DNA of 34,144 bases from a virus (taxonomy: Duplodnaviria; Caudoviricetes), in the IMG/VR virus record IMGVR_UViG_3300049472_000055, positions 1 through 34,144 of that record. One strand, 5' to 3'. This document shows positions 6,914 to 15,114 of the stretch, piece by piece (position 1 is the stretch's first letter; each line of letters begins with the position of its first letter). The notes under the pieces were generated by a model that was not told the origin of the DNA, made no database searches, and worked only from the letters and a program-made list of their open reading frames with translations. The position numbers were made by a program, and so were the translations under genes.

Positions 6914-7728
6914 TGGCCCGTATCAGAACCGTCAAGCCTGAGTTCTTCGAAGACGAGAACCTGGCCAAGCTCTCCCCACATGCCCGGCTCCTGTTCATCG
7001 GCCTGTTCCAACTGGCCGACAAGAACGGTGTCCTGGAGAACCGGCCGGCCTGGATTCAGTCCAAGGTCTTCCCGTATGAGTCCGGGGAAGCATCGGATGT
7101 TTCCCGGTTGCTTCCCGGGTTGGTCCTGGGGAGGTACTTGGTCGAGTATGAAGTGAACGGCCGGGCCTACCTGGCTGTCCGCAACTTCTCCAAGCACCAG
7201 CGAATCACTGGTAAAGAGGCTAAGAGCAACGGGTTGCATCCGCTGCCTCCGTCAGGTGATGCGCCTGGGAAGCACCGGGGAAACACCGGGGAAGCACCCG
7301 GGGCGACTCCGGATGCCCAGGAACAGGGAACAGGGAACAGGGAACAGGGAACAGGGAACAGGGAGAATTCGGATGCGCCTGAGGCTGCGCCTCCCATCGA
7401 CCCCGAAGCCCGGTGGCCATACGAACGCGCCCTGCCCTGGGCAATCCAGATCCAGGCACTCGGGGGGAAGATCGGCTCGGGCAACTGGATGGCCTGGAAG
7501 CGGCTGAGCGAGCTGCACCCGGCATCGACCCTGGCCCGGGCAGCCGAGAGCGTGCGCGCCGATCAGCGCTGGCCCGATCAGGTCGAAATGGCGATCAAGC
7601 AAATGCCGCCGCCCGTGCGCAAGGTCGAGCGCAGGCCAGAGCCGACGCCCGAAGAACGCGAGCGCAGGCGGCAGGCGGTTGCTGAGCTGGCGAAGCGGAC
7701 TGGCCTAGCACCTGTGGGGGCAGCATGA
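6913..7728 (+). CDS. Phage replication initiator / replisome organizer-like protein
   Basis: MARIRTVKPEFF...LSPHARLLFIGL...AD..G N-terminus typical of this class; internal iterons and low-complexity linker. Confidence 0.8.
   Translation: MARIRTVKPEFFEDENLAKLSPHARLLFIGLFQLADKNGVLENRPAWIQSKVFPYESGEASDVSRLLPGLVLGRYLVEYEVNGRAYLAVRNFSKHQRITGKEAKSNGLHPLPPSGDAPGKHRGNTGEAPGATPDAQEQGTGNREQGTGNRENSDAPEAAPPIDPEARWPYERALPWAIQIQALGGKIGSGNWMAWKRLSELHPASTLARAAESVRADQRWPDQVEMAIKQMPPPVRKVERRPEPTPEERERRRQAVAELAKRTGLAPVGAA
7266..7310 (+). repeat. 11-bp iteron-like repeats (putative replication origin)
   Basis: TGGGAAGCACC, GGGGAAACACC, GGGGAAGCACC, then degenerate GGGGCGACTCC; related copy GGGGAAGCATC at 7084-7094. 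Confidence 0.7.
7320..7361 (+). repeat. Heptamer tandem repeat (GGAACAG) x6
   Basis: Six perfect copies, 42 bp, encoding EQGTGNR twice. Confidence 0.95.
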
Positions 7729-8438
7729 AGCCCCGCATCGTCCCCTCCATGGCCGAAGCGAAGGCATTGCCCGTGCAATGGACCGAGGGCGTCATCTGCA
7801 ACGCAGTGGCTGCGTATGTCGAATGGTGGCGCAACACCGTGGTGCCGAACGTCTATCTCGGACCAACTGGCCGCGAGATCGATGTGGCTGTGATGACCAA
7901 GGCTGGACTGCTGTGGGCGTTTGAGATCAAGACCAGCCTGGCCGACTGGAAGCGCGACCTAACGAAGCGCAGGTACCCGGCATGCGCTGAGCCGGCGCGG
8001 TTTTACTACGTCGTTCCCGAGACGCTGGTGCAGTGGGCTGAGCGCCCGACGTGCCATGCGTGGACAAAGTTGAGCCCAATTATTCCCGAGTGGGTTCCGA
8101 AGCACGCAGGCATCGTCTTCCTGCGCAATGACCGGCAGATGACCACTTACGACGATGGCGTTCATGTGTTCGATACACCGAAGCGCGGATACGTTCACCC
8201 ATGCAAGAGCATCCACCGTCGCCCGCTGGATCCGAAGTATCGCGGAGGTAGCATGAACATCTTCGAAGAAGTCGAAAAGCTCCCGCGGCACCACCGCCTG
8301 GCTCTGGCCGGCTACATCCTGCGCAGCGTCAAGCCCAAGGGCGATGAGAAGAAACGACTGCTGGGCAGGTACCAGACGGAGGAAGTTCACGATTACAAAC
8401 CACATGATCTCGGCGAAAGCCGCCCGGAGGGGGTCTAA
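7725..8438 (+). CDS. MmcB-like PD-(D/E)XK nuclease-fold protein, apparently fused to a second small gene
   Basis: EIDVAV...FEIKTSLADWKRD...RFYYVVP...AGI; internal GGAGGT + in-frame ATG at 8253. Confidence 0.7.
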   Translation: MKPRIVPSMAEAKALPVQWTEGVICNAVAAYVEWWRNTVVPNVYLGPTGREIDVAVMTKAGLLWAFEIKTSLADWKRDLTKRRYPACAEPARFYYVVPETLVQWAERPTCHAWTKLSPIIPEWVPKHAGIVFLRNDRQMTTYDDGVHVFDTPKRGYVHPCKSIHRRPLDPKYRGGSMNIFEEVEKLPRHHRLALAGYILRSVKPKGDEKKRLLGRYQTEEVHDYKPHDLGESRPEGV

Positions 8439-8740
8439 TGGGATGGTCACCAACCAAAACGCGCCGATATGCAAAGCCCACGACGAAGCGGGAATACGAG
8501 AGAATGCATGCGCGCGCTTTATCGGTTAAAGATCGTGAGCGCACATTGCGCGTGAGCGAAACATTTCGGCTCGTCATGCTGAAGCTGTTCCCGAAAGCTT
8601 CGCAGGCTGAAATCGCACGAGCTGTAGATCTCCCAGTGGCTGCCATCACCAAGATCATGTGTTGTGAGACATATGGCTATGACCGTCTGGAACCTGTGCT
8701 GGCACGAATTGCAGCATACATCGAAAGGATGAAAGCATGA
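8438..8740 (+). CDS. HTH-containing protein (candidate transcription regulator)
   Basis: ASQAEIARAVDLPVAAITKI HTH-like segment; GGAGG RBS, TAATG coupling. Confidence 0.6.
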   Translation: MGWSPTKTRRYAKPTTKREYERMHARALSVKDRERTLRVSETFRLVMLKLFPKASQAEIARAVDLPVAAITKIMCCETYGYDRLEPVLARIAAYIERMKA

Positions 8741-8848
8741 TCATCATTGGACAAGGATGCGGCAGAACCACCGGACACGGTGAAACCTGCTGTGCGAAGG
8801 CCGGCTTTGCGATGCATGCTCGACTATTCAACGCATGAGGGGAATCCG

Positions 8849-9022
8849 ATGAGACATCATCTCACCATGGCGCTGATGGCTGCACGGTTGTCGATATGCA
8901 GCGCTGACAGCCGTGGAGACATCCGCTGGCGTAAAGGATCGGACCGCCAGCTGAGCAAGCGGCAGAAGACCCGCGCCGCCAAGAAACGGAAGAAGCTGCA
9001 CAGGAAGCAGGGCCGCCAATGA
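8849..9022 (+). CDS. Small basic hypothetical protein
   Basis: GAGG RBS; Lys/Arg-rich C-terminus; ATGA overlap downstream. Confidence 0.55.
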   Translation: MRHHLTMALMAARLSICSADSRGDIRWRKGSDRQLSKRQKTRAAKKRKKLHRKQGRQ

Positions 9023-9198
9023 GACTGCCAAACACCACGATCAAGCGCGACGAGAAGTACGTCACCATCCGCATCCCGCTCCGCGTGGCAGCTGCCATGA
9101 CCCAGGAGTATTGGGACATGCTGGCGACCAACACCAGGCGATTGCTGCCAGACGTAACGCCAATCCAGAACCTGACAGCGAAAGTCAAAGCGCCATGA
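9019..9198 (+). CDS. Small hypothetical protein (MRLPNTTIKRDEKYVTIRIP..., 59 aa)
   Basis: Not in ORF track; ATGA overlaps at both ends. Confidence 0.65.
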   Translation: MRLPNTTIKRDEKYVTIRIPLRVAAAMTQEYWDMLATNTRRLLPDVTPIQNLTAKVKAP

Positions 9199-9476
9199 CA
9201 ATCATGGCCCATCACTTCGACATTGGCTGCAATGAGTGCGGCGACTGGCGGGCGGTCACAGCGAACACCGCTGGCGCTGCCCGTCGCTCACTCAAGGCCA
9301 AAGGCTGGGTGAAGATCAGCGAATGCGGTCGCATCAATGATCTTTGCCCAATGTGCGCAGGCCAGTGGCGAGCCACAAAACTGGCAATCAAAGCCGAACG
9401 CCAGCGAGAGCGATACCAGAAGGTATCAAACCCACAGCAACACCAATTCAAAACCAAGAAGGAATCCCATGTCTGA
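9195..9476 (+). CDS. Zn-finger hypothetical protein
   Basis: CNEC...AARRSLKAKGW...DLCPMC. Confidence 0.7.
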   Translation: MTIMAHHFDIGCNECGDWRAVTANTAGAARRSLKAKGWVKISECGRINDLCPMCAGQWRATKLAIKAERQRERYQKVSNPQQHQFKTKKESHV

Positions 9477-10116
9477 CGCCATTAACGCGGCTCGCGCCGC
9501 CCTCACCCTCATCTGGCCCGGAGGCGCTGAGTGCGTGGAATGCGGCCCGGGCGTGCGAGTGTTTGCTCTGGACGCCGCAGAGAAGCGCGAGGCCGAGCTG
9601 GTCGAAGCGCTGGAAGCCATGTGCGGTCAATACCTAAGCGTTCGCGACGGCAAGCTGCACCATGACTTCATGAGCGCTGGCGAGCTGGCATTTGACGCCT
9701 TGGGCTGGGAAGACACCGGGCACCCACTGGACGCCAGCCAGCTCTGCGAAGTGCCAGGCTGCGGCCAGGCGTGGTCATGCGGTGCCAACGGGAAGGACGA
9801 CAAGTACCACACCTTCTGCCACAACCACTTCAACGAGTGGATCGCCGCCGGTCACCACGAAACGCAGGAGCAGGCCGACGCCCGCTGGACCAAGAACCTG
9901 CGCGACAGCGGCATGAGCGACGAGGAGGTCGCCGCGCACCAGGAGAAGATCAGGAACATGCACAGCCAGTGGAAGGCGCTTCAGGACAAGATGCCGGAAG
10001 CGCAGCCGTTGGAGCTACTGGCCAAGGTCGTGAAGCTGGACGAGACGGCGAACCGCGTCGAGGCCCTGGCACACGAAACGGCACCGAGCAGCGCAGCGCA
10101 GGAGTTCGCATCATGA
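9469..10116 (+). CDS. Mosaic hypothetical protein with Cys/His clusters
   Basis: AAGGA RBS before MSDAINAA; CVEC, CEVPGC...FCHNH. Confidence 0.75.
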   Translation: MSDAINAARAALTLIWPGGAECVECGPGVRVFALDAAEKREAELVEALEAMCGQYLSVRDGKLHHDFMSAGELAFDALGWEDTGHPLDASQLCEVPGCGQAWSCGANGKDDKYHTFCHNHFNEWIAAGHHETQEQADARWTKNLRDSGMSDEEVAAHQEKIRNMHSQWKALQDKMPEAQPLELLAKVVKLDETANRVEALAHETAPSSAAQEFAS

Positions 10117-10364
10117 AAAAGAAACAGCTAACCGTCGATGAACACAAAGTCATTGGCGCTGAGCTTTATGAGATTAGGCGCAGGATTATGAAAATTGAGG
10201 ATCGGCTTTGGAAGGCCATTCCAATTAGCCACCGGATTAACACGAAGACTGCGGGCGTGCGGGGTAAGATAGACGCGCTGCGTAGCGATCTCGACAGCTT
10301 GCTGCGCGACCAGTATCCAAACGACTTCAGCACCAAAACATATTACCCAGGGGACAAGGCATGA
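10113..10364 (+). CDS. Hypothetical protein, lower GC than its neighbours
   Basis: AGGAG RBS, ATGA overlap, MKKKQLTVDEHKVIG. Confidence 0.7.
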   Translation: MKKKQLTVDEHKVIGAELYEIRRRIMKIEDRLWKAIPISHRINTKTAGVRGKIDALRSDLDSLLRDQYPNDFSTKTYYPGDKA

Positions 10365-10521
10365 GCCTCGCCGCTGTCCCCGATCGAAGGCCCGCGAGAA
10401 CGATCCAGAGGCCATTGCCGAGCTGATCAAGCGCGGGCTCATCGGAGATCCCGATGCCATCAAGAGGACCAGGGAACGACGCGAGAAGGCCCAGGACCGG
10501 GCACGGAAGTTTGAGCGATGA
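10361..10521 (+). pseudogene. Frameshifted or 5'-truncated small gene
   Basis: ATG 10361 frame stops after 21 aa, while a start-less -1 frame (KARENDPEAIAELIKRGLIGDPD...KFER) ends coupled to ATG 10518. Confidence 0.4.
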
Positions 10522-10652
10522 AGGCTAAAACGAAGGCCAAGGCCAAGCGCTGCCCGTGCTGCGGACGCTGGGTAAACCCCGGCATCCTGCGCATGTGCCA
10601 GGCGTGGTGGGCATGCTACCACTGCGGCGGGAAGGCTCCGACGTTCGCATGA
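10518..10652 (+). CDS. Small Zn-ribbon protein (44 aa)
   Basis: CPCC...CYHC; ATGA overlaps at both ends; not in ORF track. Confidence 0.65.
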   Translation: MKAKTKAKAKRCPCCGRWVNPGILRMCQAWWACYHCGGKAPTFA

Positions 10653-10885
10653 ACGACGACCCATACCACGATCTGCGCCTGAAAGCGCGAATGCTCAGCG
10701 ATCTGTTCAAGTACGGATGCACAGATGGCGGCTGCAAGATGCGACCGCGCACAGGCGGCATGCACACCAACGGCGGATGCCGGTGCATGGAAAGCCTGGC
10801 AGAGCTATCATTGGAGGTTGCAGCCGAAGCCGATCGCTTCACGCGGGGGAAGCCGCGGCCGGCTATGATCGGGCATATCCTGTGA
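10649..10885 (+). CDS. Cys-rich phage hypothetical protein
   Basis: GCTDGGC...GGMHTNGGCRC motif; ATGA start. Confidence 0.7.
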   Translation: MNDDPYHDLRLKARMLSDLFKYGCTDGGCKMRPRTGGMHTNGGCRCMESLAELSLEVAAEADRFTRGKPRPAMIGHIL

Positions 10886-11067
10886 GCACTGGAGATCTGC
10901 TGGCCGAACACCTGCTTGCCAAGGGCTATCCACAGGACGAAGTGGACATCGTGGTAGAACGCGCCGCCCTGCTTCAATTCCTCGCCGGCAAGACCCGGTG
11001 GAAGGCTGGAGTAGATGCGCAGATCGATCACCTGGGGAAGCTGGAGTGCAAGCAGCATGACATATGA
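10882..11067 (+). CDS. Hypothetical protein
   Basis: GTGA overlap start; helical 61-aa product. Confidence 0.55.
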   Translation: MSTGDLLAEHLLAKGYPQDEVDIVVERAALLQFLAGKTRWKAGVDAQIDHLGKLECKQHDI

Positions 11068-11290
11068 CCCATTGTTCCCCAGGCGGCAACCGTGCCCCTG
11101 TGGCAGCGGTAAGAAATTCAAGGAGTGCTGTGAAGTCCATGTCAGCGGCGATCGGGCAGTCGCCATCAACGCCGAACGGCTCATGCAGCGAGAGCGATTC
11201 AACCCCGGGCTGATCCAGAGCATGGCCGAAGGATTCGAACAGGAGATTGCCAGGCGCACCACCCAAACCAATCCGCACCCGACTCGGTAA
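11057..11290 (+). CDS. SEC-C motif (Zn-binding) protein
   Basis: RQPCPCGSGKKFKECC near the N-terminus; GGAG RBS. Confidence 0.8.
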   Translation: MTYDPLFPRRQPCPCGSGKKFKECCEVHVSGDRAVAINAERLMQRERFNPGLIQSMAEGFEQEIARRTTQTNPHPTR

Positions 11291-11353
11291 TGACGCCGAC
11301 CAGACGGTTACCGGCTTTCGCACTCGGGGCGCTGATTGCCACCCCGGAGGCTG

Positions 11354-11374
11354 TAACTCGGGGTGGATAGCAAG
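11354..11374 (+). promoter_or_regulatory. Late motif copy 1 (TAACTCGGGGTGGATAGCAAG), with an inverted core at 11339-11346
   Basis: Matches motif at 13425, 16967, 25069, 33109; 47 nt before ATG 11401. Confidence 0.65.
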
Positions 11375-11400
11375 GACTTATGAGCATAACGAAAGGTACC

Positions 11401-11955
11401 ATGACGATAGGACGGCCGACGCTTTATGACCCGGACGAGCACCCCAGCGCAGTGATGCTGTTGGCTCGAAATGGTAAGACGGTTGCCGATATGGCGGAAG
11501 CCCTTGATATTGGGTTGGCTACATTCAAGCGCTGGATGATAGATCACCCTGAGTTTCGGGCCGCCCTGGAGCTGGGGCGCGAGGCTGCAGACGAACGTGT
11601 TGAACGATCGCTGTTCGAACGAGCCACAGGCTACGAACATCCTGCGGTAAAGATCCTGACTGTGAGCGGTGGCCAGGGCATGGGCAGTCACATCGAAACC
11701 GTCCCCTACACCGAGCGCTACCCGCCCGATGTCGAGGCCGCGAAGTTCTGGCTGAAGAACCGCAAGCCTGCGAAGTGGCGCGAAAAGAGCGAGGTAGAGC
11801 AGAACGTGAAGCACTACGTTGTAGAGCTTCCGCCTGCTGTTGCCGACAACGATCCACTGACCTGGGCCAAGGAAGTCCGTGCTGAGCGGATCCGCAGCGG
11901 TGAATTGAAAGAGGATCCGCCACCGCCGCCTGGTCTACCGCAGTCCAATGGATGA
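11401..11955 (+). CDS. terS: Terminase small subunit
   Basis: GRPTLYDP, HTH, WMIDHPEF, VERSLFERATGY, PPDVEAAKFWLKNRKPAKWREK; directly upstream of terL; alternative start 11380. Confidence 0.9.
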   Translation: MTIGRPTLYDPDEHPSAVMLLARNGKTVADMAEALDIGLATFKRWMIDHPEFRAALELGREAADERVERSLFERATGYEHPAVKILTVSGGQGMGSHIETVPYTERYPPDVEAAKFWLKNRKPAKWREKSEVEQNVKHYVVELPPAVADNDPLTWAKEVRAERIRSGELKEDPPPPPGLPQSNG

Positions 11956-13426
11956 CACTGAGCGAATTCTGAGGCCGAACCCTGGGCCGCAGACATGGGC
12001 GCTTCGCTGCCCTGTAGATGATCTATTGTACGGTGGCGCTCGTGGTGGTGGCAAGGGAATCTTCCTCATCCTCGACTGGCTGCGGCATGCGGCGAAGTGT
12101 GGTGGAAGGGCTCGCGGCCTGATCCTGCGCAAGTATTTGACCGACCTGAAGGACTTCATCGCAGAAACGCAGAAGTACATGCCACGCTTGGGCTGGACGT
12201 GGCGGCAGCAGGACAAGCAATGGATCGGGCCTGATGGCTCCATCCTGAACCTGAGCTACCTGGAGCGCGAGCAAGACGCCGAAGGTCAACAGGGCTGGAA
12301 CCTGAGCTACCTGGCTATGGACGAAGCTGGACAGCACGCCACGCCCTACGCCATCGATCTGTTGCGTGCTTGCCTGCGTCTGACCGGTGTTCCCGAGCAC
12401 CTGTTGCGGCTGACAGCCAACCCTGGTGGACCTGGCCACAAGTGGCTGAAGGAACGCTATGTCGATCCAGCACCGCCATCTGTGCCCCATAGCGGTGTGA
12501 TCACCCTCCCGACTGGGGAGCGCGTGACCTACCAGCGTGTGTTCATACCAGCCCGACTGCGCGACAACCCGCTTTGTGACACCGCCGAGTACCGCAAGAA
12601 CCTGTTCTTGTCGGCCGGCGGCAGAGACTGGCTGGTCAAGGCGTGGCTGGAAGGTGACTGGAACGTCCAGCCTGATGGCGGCATCTTCGACGTGGACAAG
12701 ATCCAGTTCGGTGAGCCGCCGATCCTGGTGCCACTGGGCGGTCTGCCTCGCTACGGGGCCCCGCTCATTGAGCGCATCTGGCAGGGCTGGGATACGGCAT
12801 TCACGGTCAAGACCACGAACGACGAATGCGCTGGCCTGACCGTTGGTCGCGACGATCGGGCGCGGTTCTGGCTGCTGAACCTGGAGCATGGGCACTGGGA
12901 CACGGGCACGTCACCGCTCAAGATCATGGAGCAGCAACGCCTGTGGAACGCCATGCATGTGATGCTGGAAGGGGGTCCGGCCGGGCTCGCCATTGAGCCC
13001 ACCATCCAGGACTTGCGCCACCGCTCCATGCTGGGCGACAAGCCGCAGCACTTCGCTTTCGATCTCGTCAGCCACATGAGCGACAAGGTGGCCAAGAACA
13101 CCGCCTTTGCCTACGCCGTGAACCAGGGCCAAGTGTGGGTTGGCGGCACCAGGGAGAACCCGCCGCATTGGTGGCCCTACCTGCGCGACCAGCTGCTGAC
13201 CTTCAGCGGCAAGGACGGCATCCCAGATGACTGCGTTGATGCCGGTGGCGTGGCCTTCCGCGAGCTGCACCGCATCCTGGCAGCTGCACCGACCGAGCAG
13301 GAGGTCGGCCCACGCAAGGACGCCCTGCGGCCGGACATCCAGGCTCGCGTGGCCGAGGTCCGCGCCCGTCTTCCCCAGACCACCGGCGGCAGCGATGCAC
13401 CGCGCCGGATGTTCGGTCCCAGGTAA
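11948..13426 (+). CDS. terL: Terminase large subunit
   Basis: Walker A YGGARGGGKG, Walker B YLAMDEA, LTANPGGPGHKW, nuclease GWDTA and DDCVDA. Confidence 0.95.
   Translation: MDDTERILRPNPGPQTWALRCPVDDLLYGGARGGGKGIFLILDWLRHAAKCGGRARGLILRKYLTDLKDFIAETQKYMPRLGWTWRQQDKQWIGPDGSILNLSYLEREQDAEGQQGWNLSYLAMDEAGQHATPYAIDLLRACLRLTGVPEHLLRLTANPGGPGHKWLKERYVDPAPPSVPHSGVITLPTGERVTYQRVFIPARLRDNPLCDTAEYRKNLFLSAGGRDWLVKAWLEGDWNVQPDGGIFDVDKIQFGEPPILVPLGGLPRYGAPLIERIWQGWDTAFTVKTTNDECAGLTVGRDDRARFWLLNLEHGHWDTGTSPLKIMEQQRLWNAMHVMLEGGPAGLAIEPTIQDLRHRSMLGDKPQHFAFDLVSHMSDKVAKNTAFAYAVNQGQVWVGGTRENPPHWWPYLRDQLLTFSGKDGIPDDCVDAGGVAFRELHRILAAAPTEQEVGPRKDALRPDIQARVAEVRARLPQTTGGSDAPRRMFGPR
12299..12372 (+). repeat. 74-bp exact direct repeat, copy 2 (terL Walker B region)
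   Basis: Identical to 5242-5315. Confidence 0.97.
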
Positions 13427-13445
13427 GTCCGGGGTGTAAACCAAC
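13425..13445 (+). promoter_or_regulatory. Late motif copy 2 (AAGTCCGGGGTGTAAACCAAC)
   Basis: Intergenic, 45 nt before ATG 13470. Confidence 0.75.
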
Positions 13446-13469
13446 GCCTGGCCCTGTAGACCGCAGCCT

Positions 13470-15113
13470 ATGCCAGGCTTCGACCGCCTTATTGAAGACC
13501 ACCGGCGCGACCCGGATCCGCATCCGCGGCTCAAGAAGGCGATTGACGAGTCCATTGCAGCGCTGACGGCTCGCGTTGATCGCCTGGACCCAGACGTAGA
13601 GGGCTCGGCCGGCGTTGTCGTTGGCGATGCCATCCCCACGCCAACGGCCTACAACGCGGTGGGCGCACCGGGCACCTCGGAAGCCGCAGCCCGGCAGGAC
13701 CACCGGCACGAATTGATCCTGCCGGAGGATCAGGTGATCACCGGCGATGGCCTGGTCTACCGTGATGCAGTCAACGGCACGGCCGAGGGCACGCAGAACC
13801 CGACCGTATCGGGCACGATGTCGGCCGGAACCCTGCACGCCGATGATCAGCAGGGCACGGGCGAGCGCGTTGTCCTGGCTAGCGCCATTGGCGATCAGCG
13901 AGCAGAGGCGAAGCTGGCATGGTCCTCTGGGTCCGCAGTGACCGCACCATGGGTAGGGGTGTGGGATTTTGAAAACGTCGCCCTCCCGAACCTCACCGGC
14001 GGAACCGGTGGCGCGTTCACCAACGCTGCGCCAGGCTATGGAGGTTACGCGCTCGCGGCGATGGACACCACCACGCCGATCCGCGGGACCACCAGCATCA
14101 AGGTTCGGCACGGGTACCCATTGGAGGCCAGATATGCGACGTGGACAGCTGTGGCGTTCGCCACGATCACCTTCGGCGCGTGGATGTCTGACGGATCTGA
14201 ATTGTATGTTGCCCCGAGCCCAACTGATATAACTGCTGGTGGCCTTTCCGCTGCGTTCATAGTCGTCAAGAGCGACACGACTGGACTTGTTAGGCTGGGA
14301 ACCACATCGGCAAGCATTCTTGCTGTCGCTGCGCTTTCATCGGGTCCGGTGCATGTTGCCGTCGTGGCCAACAACGTCACCAAGGTCGTTGATGTTTACA
14401 TCAACGGCAGCCTCCACCAATCGGTGACGTGCGGCGCAGGTACCTTGGCAACGACGCATGGTGGTATCGGCACGTTCAGTCCGTCCGTTTCTACCATTTA
14501 CGGCAGCACGCGCCTAGATGAGGTGTTCCTGGTCAATGGTGCGCTGAACGCCGAGCAGATTGAGAGCCTGGCAAGCGGAACCGTTTGGAGTTCGGTCCCA
14601 GACGGCAATGACGGCAATGGCGTCCTGACGCTGGGTCCCAACGCAGCAGTCAAAGTGCTTAACCACGCCGGCACCGGTCAGCGCATGCAGACGGCGATGC
14701 CTGATGGCACGCTGACGCCGGTGTCGCAAGTCGTTTGGACTGGCATCTGGCTGGAGATCAGCGGGGCCGATGTCGCGGCAGTTAGCGCCAACGGCATCGT
14801 GGCGCGGACGGCCGACAACACCTTCGCCAGCCGATCCGTCGACGTGACGGTTGGGCACCTGACGGTCACAGACGGCGATGGCGTGGCCGGCAACCCCACG
14901 CTTGGCCTTCCGAACGTCGGAACACCAGGGGCATTCGGCTCGGCAACGAAGGCGGTAACCGTCACGACTGACGCGCAGGGTCGCGTTTCAAGCATTTCTG
15001 AGAACACCATTGCCAGCGGCACCGGGCCGTTCCCGTCGTCATTCGGGTTCCCACTTCCCCACACACCAACACCACGGCGACCAGATGTCGCCGCATTTTC
15101 ACTAGGAGTCTAA
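13470..15113 (+). CDS. Tail fibre/spike-like protein with LamG (concanavalin-like) domain
   Basis: HRRDPDPHP N-terminus; HVAVV...VYINGSL...LDEVFL...AL..EQI LamG pattern; DGDGVAGNPT and VTTDAQGRV fibre motifs. Confidence 0.7.
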   Translation: MPGFDRLIEDHRRDPDPHPRLKKAIDESIAALTARVDRLDPDVEGSAGVVVGDAIPTPTAYNAVGAPGTSEAAARQDHRHELILPEDQVITGDGLVYRDAVNGTAEGTQNPTVSGTMSAGTLHADDQQGTGERVVLASAIGDQRAEAKLAWSSGSAVTAPWVGVWDFENVALPNLTGGTGGAFTNAAPGYGGYALAAMDTTTPIRGTTSIKVRHGYPLEARYATWTAVAFATITFGAWMSDGSELYVAPSPTDITAGGLSAAFIVVKSDTTGLVRLGTTSASILAVAALSSGPVHVAVVANNVTKVVDVYINGSLHQSVTCGAGTLATTHGGIGTFSPSVSTIYGSTRLDEVFLVNGALNAEQIESLASGTVWSSVPDGNDGNGVLTLGPNAAVKVLNHAGTGQRMQTAMPDGTLTPVSQVVWTGIWLEISGADVAAVSANGIVARTADNTFASRSVDVTVGHLTVTDGDGVAGNPTLGLPNVGTPGAFGSATKAVTVTTDAQGRVSSISENTIASGTGPFPSSFGFPLPHTPTPRRPDVAAFSLGV

Positions 15114-15114
15114 C

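Noticed and set aside
7266-7361. Repeats as a CRISPR array
   Set aside because: Units are 7 and 11 bp, tandem with no spacers, inside a CDS; no cas genes
5163-10663. Two ORFs starting MNDDP (5163 and 10649)
   Set aside because: Similarity ends after five codons and the codons differ
5242-12372. 74-bp repeat pair as a diversity-generating retroelement TR/VR
   Set aside because: Copies are identical with no adenine-specific mismatches, no reverse transcriptase is seen, and the target is a conserved ATPase motif
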